From Roseibacillus sp. (GTDB lineage: Bacteria; Verrucomicrobiota; Verrucomicrobiia; Verrucomicrobiales; Akkermansiaceae), in contig JBPOGI010000002.1 of NCBI GenBank assembly GCA_051251855.1, positions 544,001 through 608,000 of the forward strand: a stretch of 64,000 bases of DNA. The letters are read 5' to 3'. The notes below the pieces were generated by a model. That model was not told where the DNA came from and ran no database searches. It saw nothing but the letters and a program-made list of their open reading frames with translations. Shown piece after piece: positions 27,417 through 36,814 of the stretch. The number at the start of each line of letters is the position of its first letter. Position 1 is the stretch's first letter. A program made the translations under genes and the position numbers.

Positions 27417-29846
27417 ATGAAGCCTACTTTACCTGGTTATCAGATTGGAGAATTGATTGGGGAAGGAGTCTGTGGACGTGTTTGGGCTGCAGAAGACCCG
27501 GTGGGTAATGCGGTGGCAGTGAGGGCTCTCAATGCACTTTCAGTGAATTTGGACCTCGTTCGCGAGGTGGGGCGTCGGCTTCATGGGGTGACCATTGAGG
27601 GGCATGGGCCGATTCCGATTTGGTTGCAAGCGCTTGACCTGAAGCCTGCGATGGAGGTTTCTCCGCTCATTGCGGATGTGGTGGAGGACAAAATCGTGCC
27701 GCGTAATTTACAAGCACGGTTAGCGGATTATCTGGCCACTCCGGAGGCGGAGTCGGTGGTCAAATGTTTAGCCAAGGCCTTGGCGACTCTTCATCGTCAT
27801 CAGGTTGTTCATGGAAACCTGAAGCCCGCCAATGTTTTTGTTAGCGAAGAGGGACGTGTTCTGGTGGGTGACTATGGCCTAGGTTGGATGCCAGGAATCG
27901 ATGTCATGGGCTTCAGTGATGCGCTGCTTTATATGTCCCCTGAGCAGTTGGAGGATCCAAAGGGGCTTTACAGCGAGGCGGGCTATCGTTGGGATGTCTT
28001 TGCTTTCGGGGTGTTGGCATATCGGCTTCTGGAGGGGAAGTTTCCGCGTTGTCAGGAGAGTTTTGAAGATGTCGCTCCCGCTGCGGGGGTGCTGCATAAG
28101 GAGGGGATTGAGGCGGATTTTAGTGGAGTGGCTGCTGAGCTGCGAAAGGATGAGATGCAGCCTTGGGAGGGAGAGCATGATGAGGCTCTCAAGCGTATTA
28201 TTGAGCGCTGTTTGAGTATTGAACCGAGTGAGCGCTTCCGTGATATGGTGGAGCTTTGTGAGGTGTGGGAGCGAGAGACGCTTTCTGCGCGGCATGCAGC
28301 GGAGATGAAGGTGGTGGCAAGTAAGCTGCGAAAAGGGCGTCATTGGAAGCGAGGCCTCGGATGGGGGTTGGCGGCGAGTTTGATTTTAGGTTCGGCATCT
28401 GGGATAGGATGGTTCGCGCGGGAGAAGATATTAGCGAACGAGAATGAGCGGGCTGTGATTGAGCAGAAATCAGCGGAGAAAGCAGAAAGCCTTGCGATTG
28501 CGGGTCGCGAAGAGGCGATTGAGTTACAGGTGTCTTTTGAGGAGAAGCTCGGTGAGGCCTTGGCTGATGTTAAGCAGTTGGGTGTCAGTCGACAGATGCT
28601 TTTCGAGTGGGCGCTGGCAGAAGGAGCGGATGAAATTCCGGTGCTCATTGGCCGGGAAGGACGTTTGGAGTTGCTCGATAGGCACTATCAGAAGTTGATT
28701 CGGGCAAAAAGCGCGAGCGGGGAGGAGTGGATTAAGCAGTGGCAAACGGAGCGAGCCTTGGTGGCCTTGAGTCGTGATGAGCCGGATGAAGCGCGGTCCT
28801 TAGTTGATGATGATTTGAGTCGATTGGGTGGGCTGGGGGTGACGCGCCTCTTGTTGAAGGAGTCGGCTGAAGGGAATGTTTCGCGGGAGGATTTGGCTTT
28901 GGCTCGGACTTTGGTGAAAAAGATTCAAGGTAGTCAGGAGCCTTGGTTGCAGTCCGCGTTGGATTTGGTGGAGGTGCGGAGTTTGGAGCGCAATGAACAG
29001 AGTGACCGCGCGCTGCGTTTGCTTTCGGAAATCGGGGAGAAAGTTGATGAGTTGCCTTCTTTGCTGCCAGGGACGACCTCACTCTGGCGCACTCGCTTGC
29101 AACGAGAAGCTGCCGAGGTTGCGGAGGGGGCCGGGCGAGAGACTTTGGCGATGGAGTTTCGGGCTGAGATTGTGAATGAGCTTCGCAATGAACTGGGTGC
29201 GGAAGGCTTGACGGAGCAGATTCGGCAGCAGCTGACTCAGCAGTTTGTGATCACCGCCGAAGGGTTGGCAGAACAGCAATTTTCTTTGGGGCTGGTGCCT
29301 GAGGCTCGCGAGTTGGCAGAAGAGGCACTCACCTTGATTCCTGAGAGTGCTGACCCAAGGATTCGGATGGCGCTAGCCGTTCATGAAGCCGTGATTGCTG
29401 GCTGCTTGCGCGGGAAAGGGCAGCGGGAGGAGTCTTTGAGTCGTTTGAAGAAAGGGTTGGCGCTGTTGGAAGAGTCTTTCGAGAGTGCTCGTGACGAGCG
29501 CTGGCGTAGGTATCGGGAGGGAGTTTTAAAATGGCAGTTATCGGGGATCTTGGGCCAATCTGATGAGAAGGAGCAAGAGTTGGAGGTCGGGCAGGAAGCT
29601 CTAGTGATGATGCGAAGTCTTTTGGAAGAAGGAGGGTTGCAGCCGAGTCCGATTCAGTTGCACCGGGCGGTGGGTTACCTTTCGGGTGATTTGGCGCAGG
29701 CTTATCAAGCGGCGGGGCAAAGGGAGGTCTATGACGAGTTGCTGGATGAGGCGATTGAGTCTTGGAAGTTTCTGAGTGCTGCTAACCCGGATGAGCCTGA
29801 ATATGTGGCTGGGCTGGCGTGGTGCGAGAAGTTGCGAAAGCAGTAG
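27417..29846 (+). CDS. Hanks-type Ser/Thr kinase-like protein (probable pseudokinase) with TM helix and helical/TPR-like C-terminus
   Basis: IGEGVCGRVW, VAVR, VHGNLKPANV, GDYGLG, YMSPEQ, DVFAFGV. TM segment GLGWGLAASLILGSASGIGWFA. Confidence 0.85.
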   Translation: MKPTLPGYQIGELIGEGVCGRVWAAEDPVGNAVAVRALNALSVNLDLVREVGRRLHGVTIEGHGPIPIWLQALDLKPAMEVSPLIADVVEDKIVPRNLQARLADYLATPEAESVVKCLAKALATLHRHQVVHGNLKPANVFVSEEGRVLVGDYGLGWMPGIDVMGFSDALLYMSPEQLEDPKGLYSEAGYRWDVFAFGVLAYRLLEGKFPRCQESFEDVAPAAGVLHKEGIEADFSGVAAELRKDEMQPWEGEHDEALKRIIERCLSIEPSERFRDMVELCEVWERETLSARHAAEMKVVASKLRKGRHWKRGLGWGLAASLILGSASGIGWFAREKILANENERAVIEQKSAEKAESLAIAGREEAIELQVSFEEKLGEALADVKQLGVSRQMLFEWALAEGADEIPVLIGREGRLELLDRHYQKLIRAKSASGEEWIKQWQTERALVALSRDEPDEARSLVDDDLSRLGGLGVTRLLLKESAEGNVSREDLALARTLVKKIQGSQEPWLQSALDLVEVRSLERNEQSDRALRLLSEIGEKVDELPSLLPGTTSLWRTRLQREAAEVAEGAGRETLAMEFRAEIVNELRNELGAEGLTEQIRQQLTQQFVITAEGLAEQQFSLGLVPEARELAEEALTLIPESADPRIRMALAVHEAVIAGCLRGKGQREESLSRLKKGLALLEESFESARDERWRRYREGVLKWQLSGILGQSDEKEQELEVGQEALVMMRSLLEEGGLQPSPIQLHRAVGYLSGDLAQAYQAAGQREVYDELLDEAIESWKFLSAANPDEPEYVAGLAWCEKLRKQ

Positions 29847-29924
29847 CGTCTCAGTTCACTACTCTCAAAAAATTGAGGGCTTGGCTTGAACTTAGTGGAT
29901 CAAGGGGTTCAATGGGCATCTCCA

Positions 29925-31079
29925 ATGACTTGGTCTCACAATCACCATCTAGCTTATTGTACGAACGTTCACCCTGCTGAGAGTTGGGCGGCAACTTTTG
30001 AGGTTTTGAAAAGCGATGTTCTTGCCGTTCGCGATCGTTTGGTTGCGGAAGGAACTTGCGAAGGGCCTTTTTCGATTGGGCTGCGACTTTCGGCACAGGC
30101 GGCGGAGGACTTGTTGAAGGAGTCGCGTCTGGAGGAGTTTGCGTCTTGGTTGGAGGAGACGAATACCTATGTCTTCACGATTAATGGATTTCCATTTGGT
30201 GATTTTCACGGCACGCGCGTGAAAGAGAAGGTTTATCAGCCAGATTGGACTAATCGAGAGCGTTTGATTTATACTGAGAGGCTGTTTGAGATTATTGCTC
30301 GCTTAGCTCCATTGGATTGTGGTGGGTCGGTTTCGACGTTGCCGGGTTCGTTCAAGGAATTTGGTGCAAACGAAGAAGAGATTTTTGCAAATTTGGAAGC
30401 CTGCGCGACGACCATTGAGGCGTTTTCACAGCAGACGGGGAAGGACCTTCACTTAGGGCTCGAGCCTGAGCCACTTGGTCATTTCGAGAACACGGAGGAG
30501 ACGTTGGCGTTTTTCGAGCGCTTTTTGGCAACAGTGAAGGCTCCCGAACTGGTGAAGAAGCGTATCGGGTTGAACTATGACTGCTGCCACTTCGCGATTG
30601 AGTTCGATGATTGTCGTCCGTCCTTGGAGGCTTTTCGTGAGGCGGGGATTCGGATTTCGAAAGTGCATCTGTCGTCTGCGCTCGCATTCGACCCTAGTAG
30701 TTCGGATGCTCTGGAATCTTTGAAGCGGTTTGAGGAGCCGACCTATTTGCATCAGGTGATTGTGAACGGCTCAGATGGGTTGCAGCGGGTGAGGGATTTA
30801 CCGGAGTTTTATCAGGAGTTGGAGTCTGGGGAGGTAACGATTGAGGCGGGAGCTCAGGCGCGTTGCCACTTTCATGTGCCTCTTTACGCTGAGGCTGCTC
30901 CGCCTTTGGGAACCACTCAGTCGCACGTGAAGGAGATGCTGAAATATCGGGCGGAGTTTCCGAACTTCTGCAATCACTTTGAAATCGAGACCTACACCTG
31001 GGGCGTGTTGCCGGATGGTTTGCAAACAGATCTCACCAGCCAAATCGTCAAAGAGTTTCAGTGGGTTCTCAGTCTCTGA
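29925..31079 (+). CDS. eboE: Metabolite traffic protein EboE (TIM barrel)
   Basis: HLAYCTNVHPAE, FTINGFPFGDFH..VKEKVYQPDW, LGLEPEP, YLHQV, RCHFHVP, EIETYTW. Confidence 0.9.
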   Translation: MTWSHNHHLAYCTNVHPAESWAATFEVLKSDVLAVRDRLVAEGTCEGPFSIGLRLSAQAAEDLLKESRLEEFASWLEETNTYVFTINGFPFGDFHGTRVKEKVYQPDWTNRERLIYTERLFEIIARLAPLDCGGSVSTLPGSFKEFGANEEEIFANLEACATTIEAFSQQTGKDLHLGLEPEPLGHFENTEETLAFFERFLATVKAPELVKKRIGLNYDCCHFAIEFDDCRPSLEAFREAGIRISKVHLSSALAFDPSSSDALESLKRFEEPTYLHQVIVNGSDGLQRVRDLPEFYQELESGEVTIEAGAQARCHFHVPLYAEAAPPLGTTQSHVKEMLKYRAEFPNFCNHFEIETYTWGVLPDGLQTDLTSQIVKEFQWVLSL

Positions 31080-31134
31080 CGCATCCTGCGGCAGTCCGTC
31101 TTTGATACTTCCAGCAGCAAGTCCTATCCGAATT

Positions 31135-32133
31135 ATGAATCGCCAAACCTTCATCGACCTCCTTGCCGCCGGGCGGGTGGCGAACTTACCTTCGGTGTTG
31201 AGTAATGTTCTGTTAGGGGCGGTTGTCTTTTCCGCATTTGCCGAGCCAAATTGGCAAACTGCTTGGTTGGGCTGCGGGGTGGGAATGTTGCTCTACTTGG
31301 GGGGCTGCCTTCTCAACGATTGGTGGGACCGAGATTGGGATTGTGAGAATAAGCCGGAGCGCGCGGTTCCCAATGGTCGACTGTCTCCGCAAGTTCTGTT
31401 GGCTCTAGCAACGGGATTTCTTTTAGGAGGGCTCTTGGGTTCACTATTTCTAGGATGGCTCGCTGTAGGGGCTGCCATCTGCATCATTTTTCTGATTTTG
31501 GTCTATTCTTTTGTTCATAAGAAGAGCCCGCTGGGTGTGATTCCGATGGGGCTTTGCCGGAGTGGACTTTATTTTTTGGGTTTTGCCTCTGCAGACCCGG
31601 ATTCAGGACTTTTTCCCGAGACCCGCTATCTCGACTATTATAGTGTTGATGAGTATCTCGGAATCTATGCGCTTCTGGTGCTGCCAGCTTTCGGTCTGTT
31701 CGCCTATATTATGGGGCTTTCGCTTTTGGCTCGTTTCGAGGCGAGAGGGGACTTGCCTCATACCAATAAGGTGCTGGCTTACCTCTTTCTTTTTTTTCCG
31801 GTCCTTTGCCATCTTTATTGGGTTTCAAAGCATGCACCAGTGGCAGCGATCTGTTTCTCGTTGCCTTTTCTGATTGTGGTCTATTTGGCCACCAAGGTGA
31901 TTGTGCGTTCGATTGGAAAAGGGGTTTCTCTCTTGTTGGCGGCGATTCCGTTGTTGGATTTAGTTCTTATTTTTCCTCTAGTGGTGTTCATTTTGAACGA
32001 AGGGGTCAGCTATCGCTTGCTCGCAGGTTCCCTTGAGCCCAGAGAGGCGCTCGAATTCTTGGTCATTCCTTTTTTTCCGCTCGTAGCCTTCGTTTTTGCC
32101 CGCTTACTCCAAAAAATCGCTCCGGCGACCTAG
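31135..32133 (+). CDS. UbiA-family prenyltransferase, EboC-like
   Basis: GRVANLPSVLSNVLLG, YLGGCLLNDWWDRDWD..KPERAVPNG, MGLCR, multiple TMs; adjacent to eboE. Confidence 0.85.
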   Translation: MNRQTFIDLLAAGRVANLPSVLSNVLLGAVVFSAFAEPNWQTAWLGCGVGMLLYLGGCLLNDWWDRDWDCENKPERAVPNGRLSPQVLLALATGFLLGGLLGSLFLGWLAVGAAICIIFLILVYSFVHKKSPLGVIPMGLCRSGLYFLGFASADPDSGLFPETRYLDYYSVDEYLGIYALLVLPAFGLFAYIMGLSLLARFEARGDLPHTNKVLAYLFLFFPVLCHLYWVSKHAPVAAICFSLPFLIVVYLATKVIVRSIGKGVSLLLAAIPLLDLVLIFPLVVFILNEGVSYRLLAGSLEPREALEFLVIPFFPLVAFVFARLLQKIAPAT

Positions 32134-32275
32134 AAAAGAGTAGGATAGGTCTGTTGGTTTTCCTCGAAAACCGGCAGTTTCGCATTGCAAGGAGAGGGGA
32201 AATAGGCTTTTCTCCCGCCTCCCCGCATAAAAGGGCAATTTGGTAATTCAGCTAAATTGAAGCGTTAGACTCAAC

Positions 32276-32578
32276 ATGAGCGAAGAAGTAAAAGACAACA
32301 AGGCAACGGCCAAAGCAAAGGTTTTGGCAGAGAAGGTGGATGTAACTCCTTATAAGCAGCACGAAAACGACACCGGAAGCGCTGACTTTCAGGTCGCCGT
32401 CCTCACTGGAAGAATCCGTGAGCTGACCGAGCACCTCAAAACAAACAAGAAGGATCACTCCTCACGTCGTGGTCTCCTTAAGATGGTCGCCAAGCGCCGT
32501 AAGTTGCTTGATTACCTCCGGACCAAGTCCGAGGACCGCTACCAAGCCTGCCTTAAAGGCCTGTCCTTGCGCCGATAA
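32276..32578 (+). CDS. rpsO: 30S ribosomal protein S15
   Basis: [47 protein letters not shown]; upstream of pnp. Confidence 0.97.
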   Translation: MSEEVKDNKATAKAKVLAEKVDVTPYKQHENDTGSADFQVAVLTGRIRELTEHLKTNKKDHSSRRGLLKMVAKRRKLLDYLRTKSEDRYQACLKGLSLRR

Positions 32579-32587
32579 ACACTCTCA

Positions 32588-32622
32588 GAACGGCTCCGAT
32601 TCATTCAATCGGGGCCGTTTTT
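32588..32622 (+). terminator. Hairpin/terminator between rpsO and pnp
   Basis: aacggctccgat...atcggggccgtt followed by a T run. Confidence 0.7.
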
Positions 32623-32683
32623 CTTGGCACCAAGTCATGGGCGAGCTCTTCAGCTCGCCTCTTTGATTTCGGAGGCCTCCTGA

Positions 32684-34897
32684 ATGACGAACGAAAACAA
32701 GAAGATGAACATAGAAAAAATAGAAATTCCGGTGGGAGAAAATCCCATGGTTATTGAAACCGGAAAACTGGCCAAATTGGCTGATGGCGCGGTCACCGTG
32801 CAATGTGGCGAGACCGTGATTTTGGTCACCGCCGTTTCCCAAACCAAAGTGCGTTCCGGCCAGACCTGGTTCCCGCTTTCCGTGGAATATAAAGAGAAGG
32901 CATCAGCCGCTGGACAATTCCCCGGTGGTTACTTCAAGCGTGAAGGCCGCCCTACCGAGAAAGAGATTCTCACCTGTCGCATGACGGACCGTCCTTTGCG
33001 TCCGCTTTTCCCCAAGGGTTATCTCTACGACACCCAAATCGTTGCGCTTTTGCTCTCTGCTGATGGCATCAACGACGCCGACGTGCTCAGCATGAACGGT
33101 GCTTCTGCGGCACTCAGTCTTTCCGACATTCCTTTCGCCGGTCCTATTGGTGCGGTGCGTGTCGGTCGCGTGAATGGCGAATTCGTCATCAACCCAACCC
33201 ACGAGACTCGTGAGAACAGCGATCTCGACTTGGTCTACGTGGGTAACAAGACCGACGTCATCATGATTGAAGGTGCAGCCAACGAGATTCCTGAAGATGC
33301 CTTCAAGGCCGCTCTTCGTTTTGCTCAAGAAGCAGTCACTAAGATCGTTACTGCCATTGAGGAGCTCACTGCCAAGTGCGGAAAAGCTAAGCGTGAATTT
33401 GATGTTTGCGTAGCGAAAGAGGATCTTCTCGAAATTGGATACCGCGTTGCCGGTGACCGTATTGAGGACGCTATCTACGCTGCCTCTAAGGTGGAGCGTG
33501 GTAAGAAAGTGGGCGCCCTTCGTGACGAAGTTGAAGCGGCTATCAAGGCTGAGCACCCAGCGGTAACTGAGTTCGAAATCGAGCAAGTCTTTGAATACAT
33601 TCAGAAGAAAGCCTTCCGTATTTCTATCATGGAAAAAGGATTGCGTGCTGACGGCCGCAAGCCTGAGGACCTTCGCCAGCTCTTTGGTGAAGTCGGTAGC
33701 CTGCCACAGGTTCACGGTTCTGCTATCTTTGCTCGTGGTGAGACCATGGCAATGGGAATCGCGACTTTGGCTCCTGGTGATGAGCGTCAGTACCTGGACA
33801 ACTACGCTGGTGGCGAAAGCGAAAAGCGTTTTATCCTTCACTACAATTTCCCTCCTTTCTCGGTAGGTGAGACTGGCCGCATGGGTGGACTTAACCGTCG
33901 TGAAATCGGTCACGGTGCGCTCGCTGAGCGTTCCATCGTGCCCGTTCTTCCTGACGAGGACGATTTCCCCTACGCGATGCGCGTGAGTTCTGAGGTCATG
34001 GAATCTAACGGTTCCACCTCGATGGCGACTGTTTGTGCAGGAGTCATGAGTCTTCTCGACGCGGGTGTCCCACTTAAGCGAGCGGTTGCTGGTATCTCTG
34101 TGGGTCTTGTGACCGAGACCACCGAAGACGGCGCCATCCAAAAGTATAAGACTCTTCTCGACATCATCGGAAGTGAGGACTTCTACGGTGATATGGACTT
34201 CAAACTTTGCGGCAGCGAAGACGGAATCACCGGCTATCAGCTTGATCTCAAGCTTCCTGGTCTTCCATTGAGCATTCTTGAAGAAGCCATCGACCAAGCC
34301 ATCGGCGGTCGCGGACTTGTTCTTGCCAAGATGGCTGAGTCTATCTCCAAGCCCGGCGAACTCGCCGAAACTGCGCCTCGTATCGAGTCCGTTAAGATTG
34401 ACCCCGATCGCATCGGCGAACTCATTGGACCTGGCGGAAAGAATATTAAGGGCATCCAAGCCGAGTCTGGTGCTGACCTCAGTATCGAGGATGACGGCAC
34501 CGTCCGTATCTACGCAAGCAAGGGCGAAAGCCTTCAGCGCGCGAAGGATATGATCGAGCGTATGTTCAAGGAAGTCGAAGTGGGTGAAATCTACGAAGGT
34601 CGTATCGTTTCTACCAAGGACTTCGGAGCATTCATGGAAGTGCTGCCCGGTAAGGACGGCCTTATTCACATCTCCGAGCTCGCTGAGAAGCGTGTCGATA
34701 AGACTGAAGACGTCTGCAAAGTCGGAGACACTGTCACTGCAAAGTGCATCGGTATCGACGACAAGCGTCGCCTCAAGATGTCCATCAAGGCTGCCATTCG
34801 TGATGGCAAAGGTGGAGCGCCTAAACAGGACGCACCGAAGCAGTCTCAGAGTCAGGGTGATGTGCCCGACAACGAAGAGACCTTCACTCTTGGCTAA
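32684..34897 (+). CDS. pnp: Polyribonucleotide nucleotidyltransferase (PNPase)
   Basis: PGGYFKREGRP, HYNFPPFSVGE, RREIGHG, ESNGSTSMA, GDMDFK, KH and S1 domains. Start 32684 or 32705. Confidence 0.98.
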   Translation: MTNENKKMNIEKIEIPVGENPMVIETGKLAKLADGAVTVQCGETVILVTAVSQTKVRSGQTWFPLSVEYKEKASAAGQFPGGYFKREGRPTEKEILTCRMTDRPLRPLFPKGYLYDTQIVALLLSADGINDADVLSMNGASAALSLSDIPFAGPIGAVRVGRVNGEFVINPTHETRENSDLDLVYVGNKTDVIMIEGAANEIPEDAFKAALRFAQEAVTKIVTAIEELTAKCGKAKREFDVCVAKEDLLEIGYRVAGDRIEDAIYAASKVERGKKVGALRDEVEAAIKAEHPAVTEFEIEQVFEYIQKKAFRISIMEKGLRADGRKPEDLRQLFGEVGSLPQVHGSAIFARGETMAMGIATLAPGDERQYLDNYAGGESEKRFILHYNFPPFSVGETGRMGGLNRREIGHGALAERSIVPVLPDEDDFPYAMRVSSEVMESNGSTSMATVCAGVMSLLDAGVPLKRAVAGISVGLVTETTEDGAIQKYKTLLDIIGSEDFYGDMDFKLCGSEDGITGYQLDLKLPGLPLSILEEAIDQAIGGRGLVLAKMAESISKPGELAETAPRIESVKIDPDRIGELIGPGGKNIKGIQAESGADLSIEDDGTVRIYASKGESLQRAKDMIERMFKEVEVGEIYEGRIVSTKDFGAFMEVLPGKDGLIHISELAEKRVDKTEDVCKVGDTVTAKCIGIDDKRRLKMSIKAAIRDGKGGAPKQDAPKQSQSQGDVPDNEETFTLG

Positions 34898-34919
34898 AGC
34901 CTGACGCTGGTAATTTTTG

Positions 34920-34955
34920 AAAGGCGGTTCCTCGAAAGGGGAGCCGCCTTTTTTT
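34920..34955 (+). terminator. Intrinsic terminator of rpsO-pnp
   Basis: aaggcggttcct-cgaa-aggggagccgcc followed by ttttttt. Confidence 0.85.
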
Positions 34956-34971
34956 GCTCCGTTTTCGCTAT

Positions 34972-35053
34972 CGTAGCTGAGTTGGTGACAACTCGGGCGG
35001 TAAGGAACTGGAAGGAAGCCAACCCAGCCCGCTTTGTCACCAAAGCGGCTACG
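34972..35053. repeat. CGTAG-type REP inverted doublet with covarying stems
   Basis: cgtagctGAGTTggtgacAACTCggg versus the reverse-complemented second arm cgtagccGCTTTggtgacAAAGCggg. Confidence 0.75.
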
Positions 35054-35070
35054 TAGAAGGTCTTAAAGTT

Positions 35071-35098
35071 GTCAGGGACAGGAATGTCCCTGCTCCAT
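35071..35098. repeat. GGAG-type REP (single copy)
   Basis: gtcagggacaggaatgtccctgctccat, identical over 28 bp to 55075-55102. Confidence 0.8.
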
Positions 35099-35120
35099 TG
35101 GGTGACTTACCTTTGCGTCG

Positions 35121-35708
35121 ATGGCTGACGAGAAGTGGACGAAGGAAAAAGTGGGGGGGGAGGAGTTTCGGCTTCTCAATTTGGATCATTCTTCAGTGGA
35201 GAAGCGAGTGCTGGCTGAGATGGAGGCTGGGATTGACGTTTATTATGATCGACGTTGGGGTGCGACCGCGGTTTTGACGGACTGGTTGGGAGCGCATCGT
35301 GAGGTGTTTGAGAACAAGAAGGTGCTCGCTCTTGGAGTGGGCGTTGGGGAGGAGTCTCTTCTTTTAGGCAAGTTTGCAGAGCACATTTGGTTAAATGATT
35401 TGGCTCCAGTTTCGCTGGAGCTTTGCGCTGAGCAAATGGAGGAGAATGGTCTCCCCGACTTCACTTTGTTAGTGGGGCGATACGAACAGTTAGATTTACC
35501 TCAGGTCGATTTGGTTGTGGGTGGATTCCTCATCTACAATGACGAGACTTGTGCGGCGATGGAGGCCTTTTTGAAGGAGTATCAGGGGCAGGTGATTTTG
35601 GTGAACGAGCGCTTGGCTCCGTTTCCTGAATTTCTCAAGCGGCACAAACATGAGATCATCTTTGATGATGACAGTGGTGCGGTCGGGGTGCTGCTGACGT
35701 GTTCTTGA
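35121..35708 (+). CDS. Class I SAM-dependent methyltransferase-like protein (family-16-like)
   Basis: RWGATAVLTDWL...FENKKVLALGVGVG motif I, WLND motif II, DLVVGG.LIY. Confidence 0.65.
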   Translation: MADEKWTKEKVGGEEFRLLNLDHSSVEKRVLAEMEAGIDVYYDRRWGATAVLTDWLGAHREVFENKKVLALGVGVGEESLLLGKFAEHIWLNDLAPVSLELCAEQMEENGLPDFTLLVGRYEQLDLPQVDLVVGGFLIYNDETCAAMEAFLKEYQGQVILVNERLAPFPEFLKRHKHEIIFDDDSGAVGVLLTCS

Positions 35709-35723
35709 AGCCTCTGTTGCTTT

Positions 35724-35888
35724 CTAGTGCACTGTTTCAAAAATAACGCTGCGTTTCAGCTGGTTCTTTTTCAGAATAACTGCGTTGCAAAAAACTGTGG
35801 AATATTCATTCAACAAGCAATTTGCGCCTCGTTCTCCAGAAAAATTCCTGCGCCGAAACGCAACCTTATTTTCAAAACGATGCACTAG
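35724..35888. mobile_element. 165-bp non-autonomous element (MITE) with 37-bp imperfect TIRs and CTAG ends
   Basis: Left ctagtgcactgtttcaaaaataacgctgcgtttcagc versus reverse-complemented right ctagtgcatcgttttgaaaataaggttgcgtttcggc (30/37 match). AT-rich interior, no ORF. Confidence 0.7.
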
Positions 35889-35890
35889 TC

Positions 35891-36814
35891 CTAATCGTCG
35901 GGGTTTCCCTTTAGGTGGCGGTCGAAGAAGGCGACCATTGTAGGAGTGTGGTCAAAGCTCTTGGTCTTCAGCGGCCATGCGTGGTTTGCGCCTTTGATGA
36001 GCTTGAGGGTGGATTCAGCCCCTACCTCTCGAAGTGCTTCGTGGAGCTCCTTGGACTGGTCGCGATCGACCGTGGTGTCAGTAGTGCCGTGAAAGGTCAG
36101 TGTGGGTGGGGAGTCTTCGTTGACATAAGTGACGGGCGAGGCGTTGCGCCATTTGAGGGGGGCTTCTTCGCGGCTTTGGGAGAAGAGACGGTGCCCCTTA
36201 AGTTCCTCGGTAGGAGTGCCATCTTCGGTGGTGACCTTGCGAGTGAGGAGGTCGGAAATACCATACATGTTTATGCAGGCGTTGACGTGATCGGAGATGC
36301 CTGGATAGAGGTCGTTGGAGCTGAGCTTGGGATGATTGGGCGTGTAGGCCACCATCATGGCGAGATGGCCTCCGGCTGAGCCGCCAATGACGCCGATGTG
36401 TTCTGGGTCGATGTTAAGTTTCTCAGCGTTCACGCGTAGCCAGCGGACGGCGTTTTTACAGTCGTGGAGGTTGTTGGGCCAGCGGCGGTCTTTGCGGGTT
36501 TCGTAGTTAATGCTGATGCAAACGTAACCTGCCTGAGCGAGGGTGGTGCCAGTGACGAACTCGCGTTCGCGGTTCTTGTCCCCTTTGACCCACCCGCCGC
36601 CGTGAATGATCACAACGGCGGGGGAGGGAAGGTCTTCCTGACGGGGTTGGGGAAGGTAGAGATCTAGTTTTTCCTTACGGCCTGCTGCGAGGAAGTCGAG
36701 GTCGCGTTGAATGGTGACTCCTTCTGGCGCTTCGAGCGGGGCTTCCTTCGCGAAGGAGTGATTGAGAAAGGAAAGATAGATGACTGCGATGCGTATTTTT
36801 TGGAACGAGTTCAT
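35891..36814 (-). CDS. Secreted alpha/beta hydrolase (BD-FAE-like esterase)
   Basis: IHGGGW, GGSAGGHLA nucleophile elbow, FHGTTDTTV, GANH. Its start overlaps the upstream stop (ATGA). Confidence 0.88.
   Translation of the reverse strand: MNSFQKIRIAVIYLSFLNHSFAKEAPLEAPEGVTIQRDLDFLAAGRKEKLDLYLPQPRQEDLPSPAVVIIHGGGWVKGDKNREREFVTGTTLAQAGYVCISINYETRKDRRWPNNLHDCKNAVRWLRVNAEKLNIDPEHIGVIGGSAGGHLAMMVAYTPNHPKLSSNDLYPGISDHVNACINMYGISDLLTRKVTTEDGTPTEELKGHRLFSQSREEAPLKWRNASPVTYVNEDSPPTLTFHGTTDTTVDRDQSKELHEALREVGAESTLKLIKGANHAWPLKTKSFDHTPTMVAFFDRHLKGNPDD

Noticed and set aside
32625..32640. TTGGCAC upstream of pnp as a sigma54 promoter
   Set aside because: Lacks the -12 GC at the required spacing.
32903..34669. 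588-aa antisense ORF opposite pnp
   Set aside because: Shadow ORF caused by the codon bias of a highly expressed gene; no recognisable motifs.
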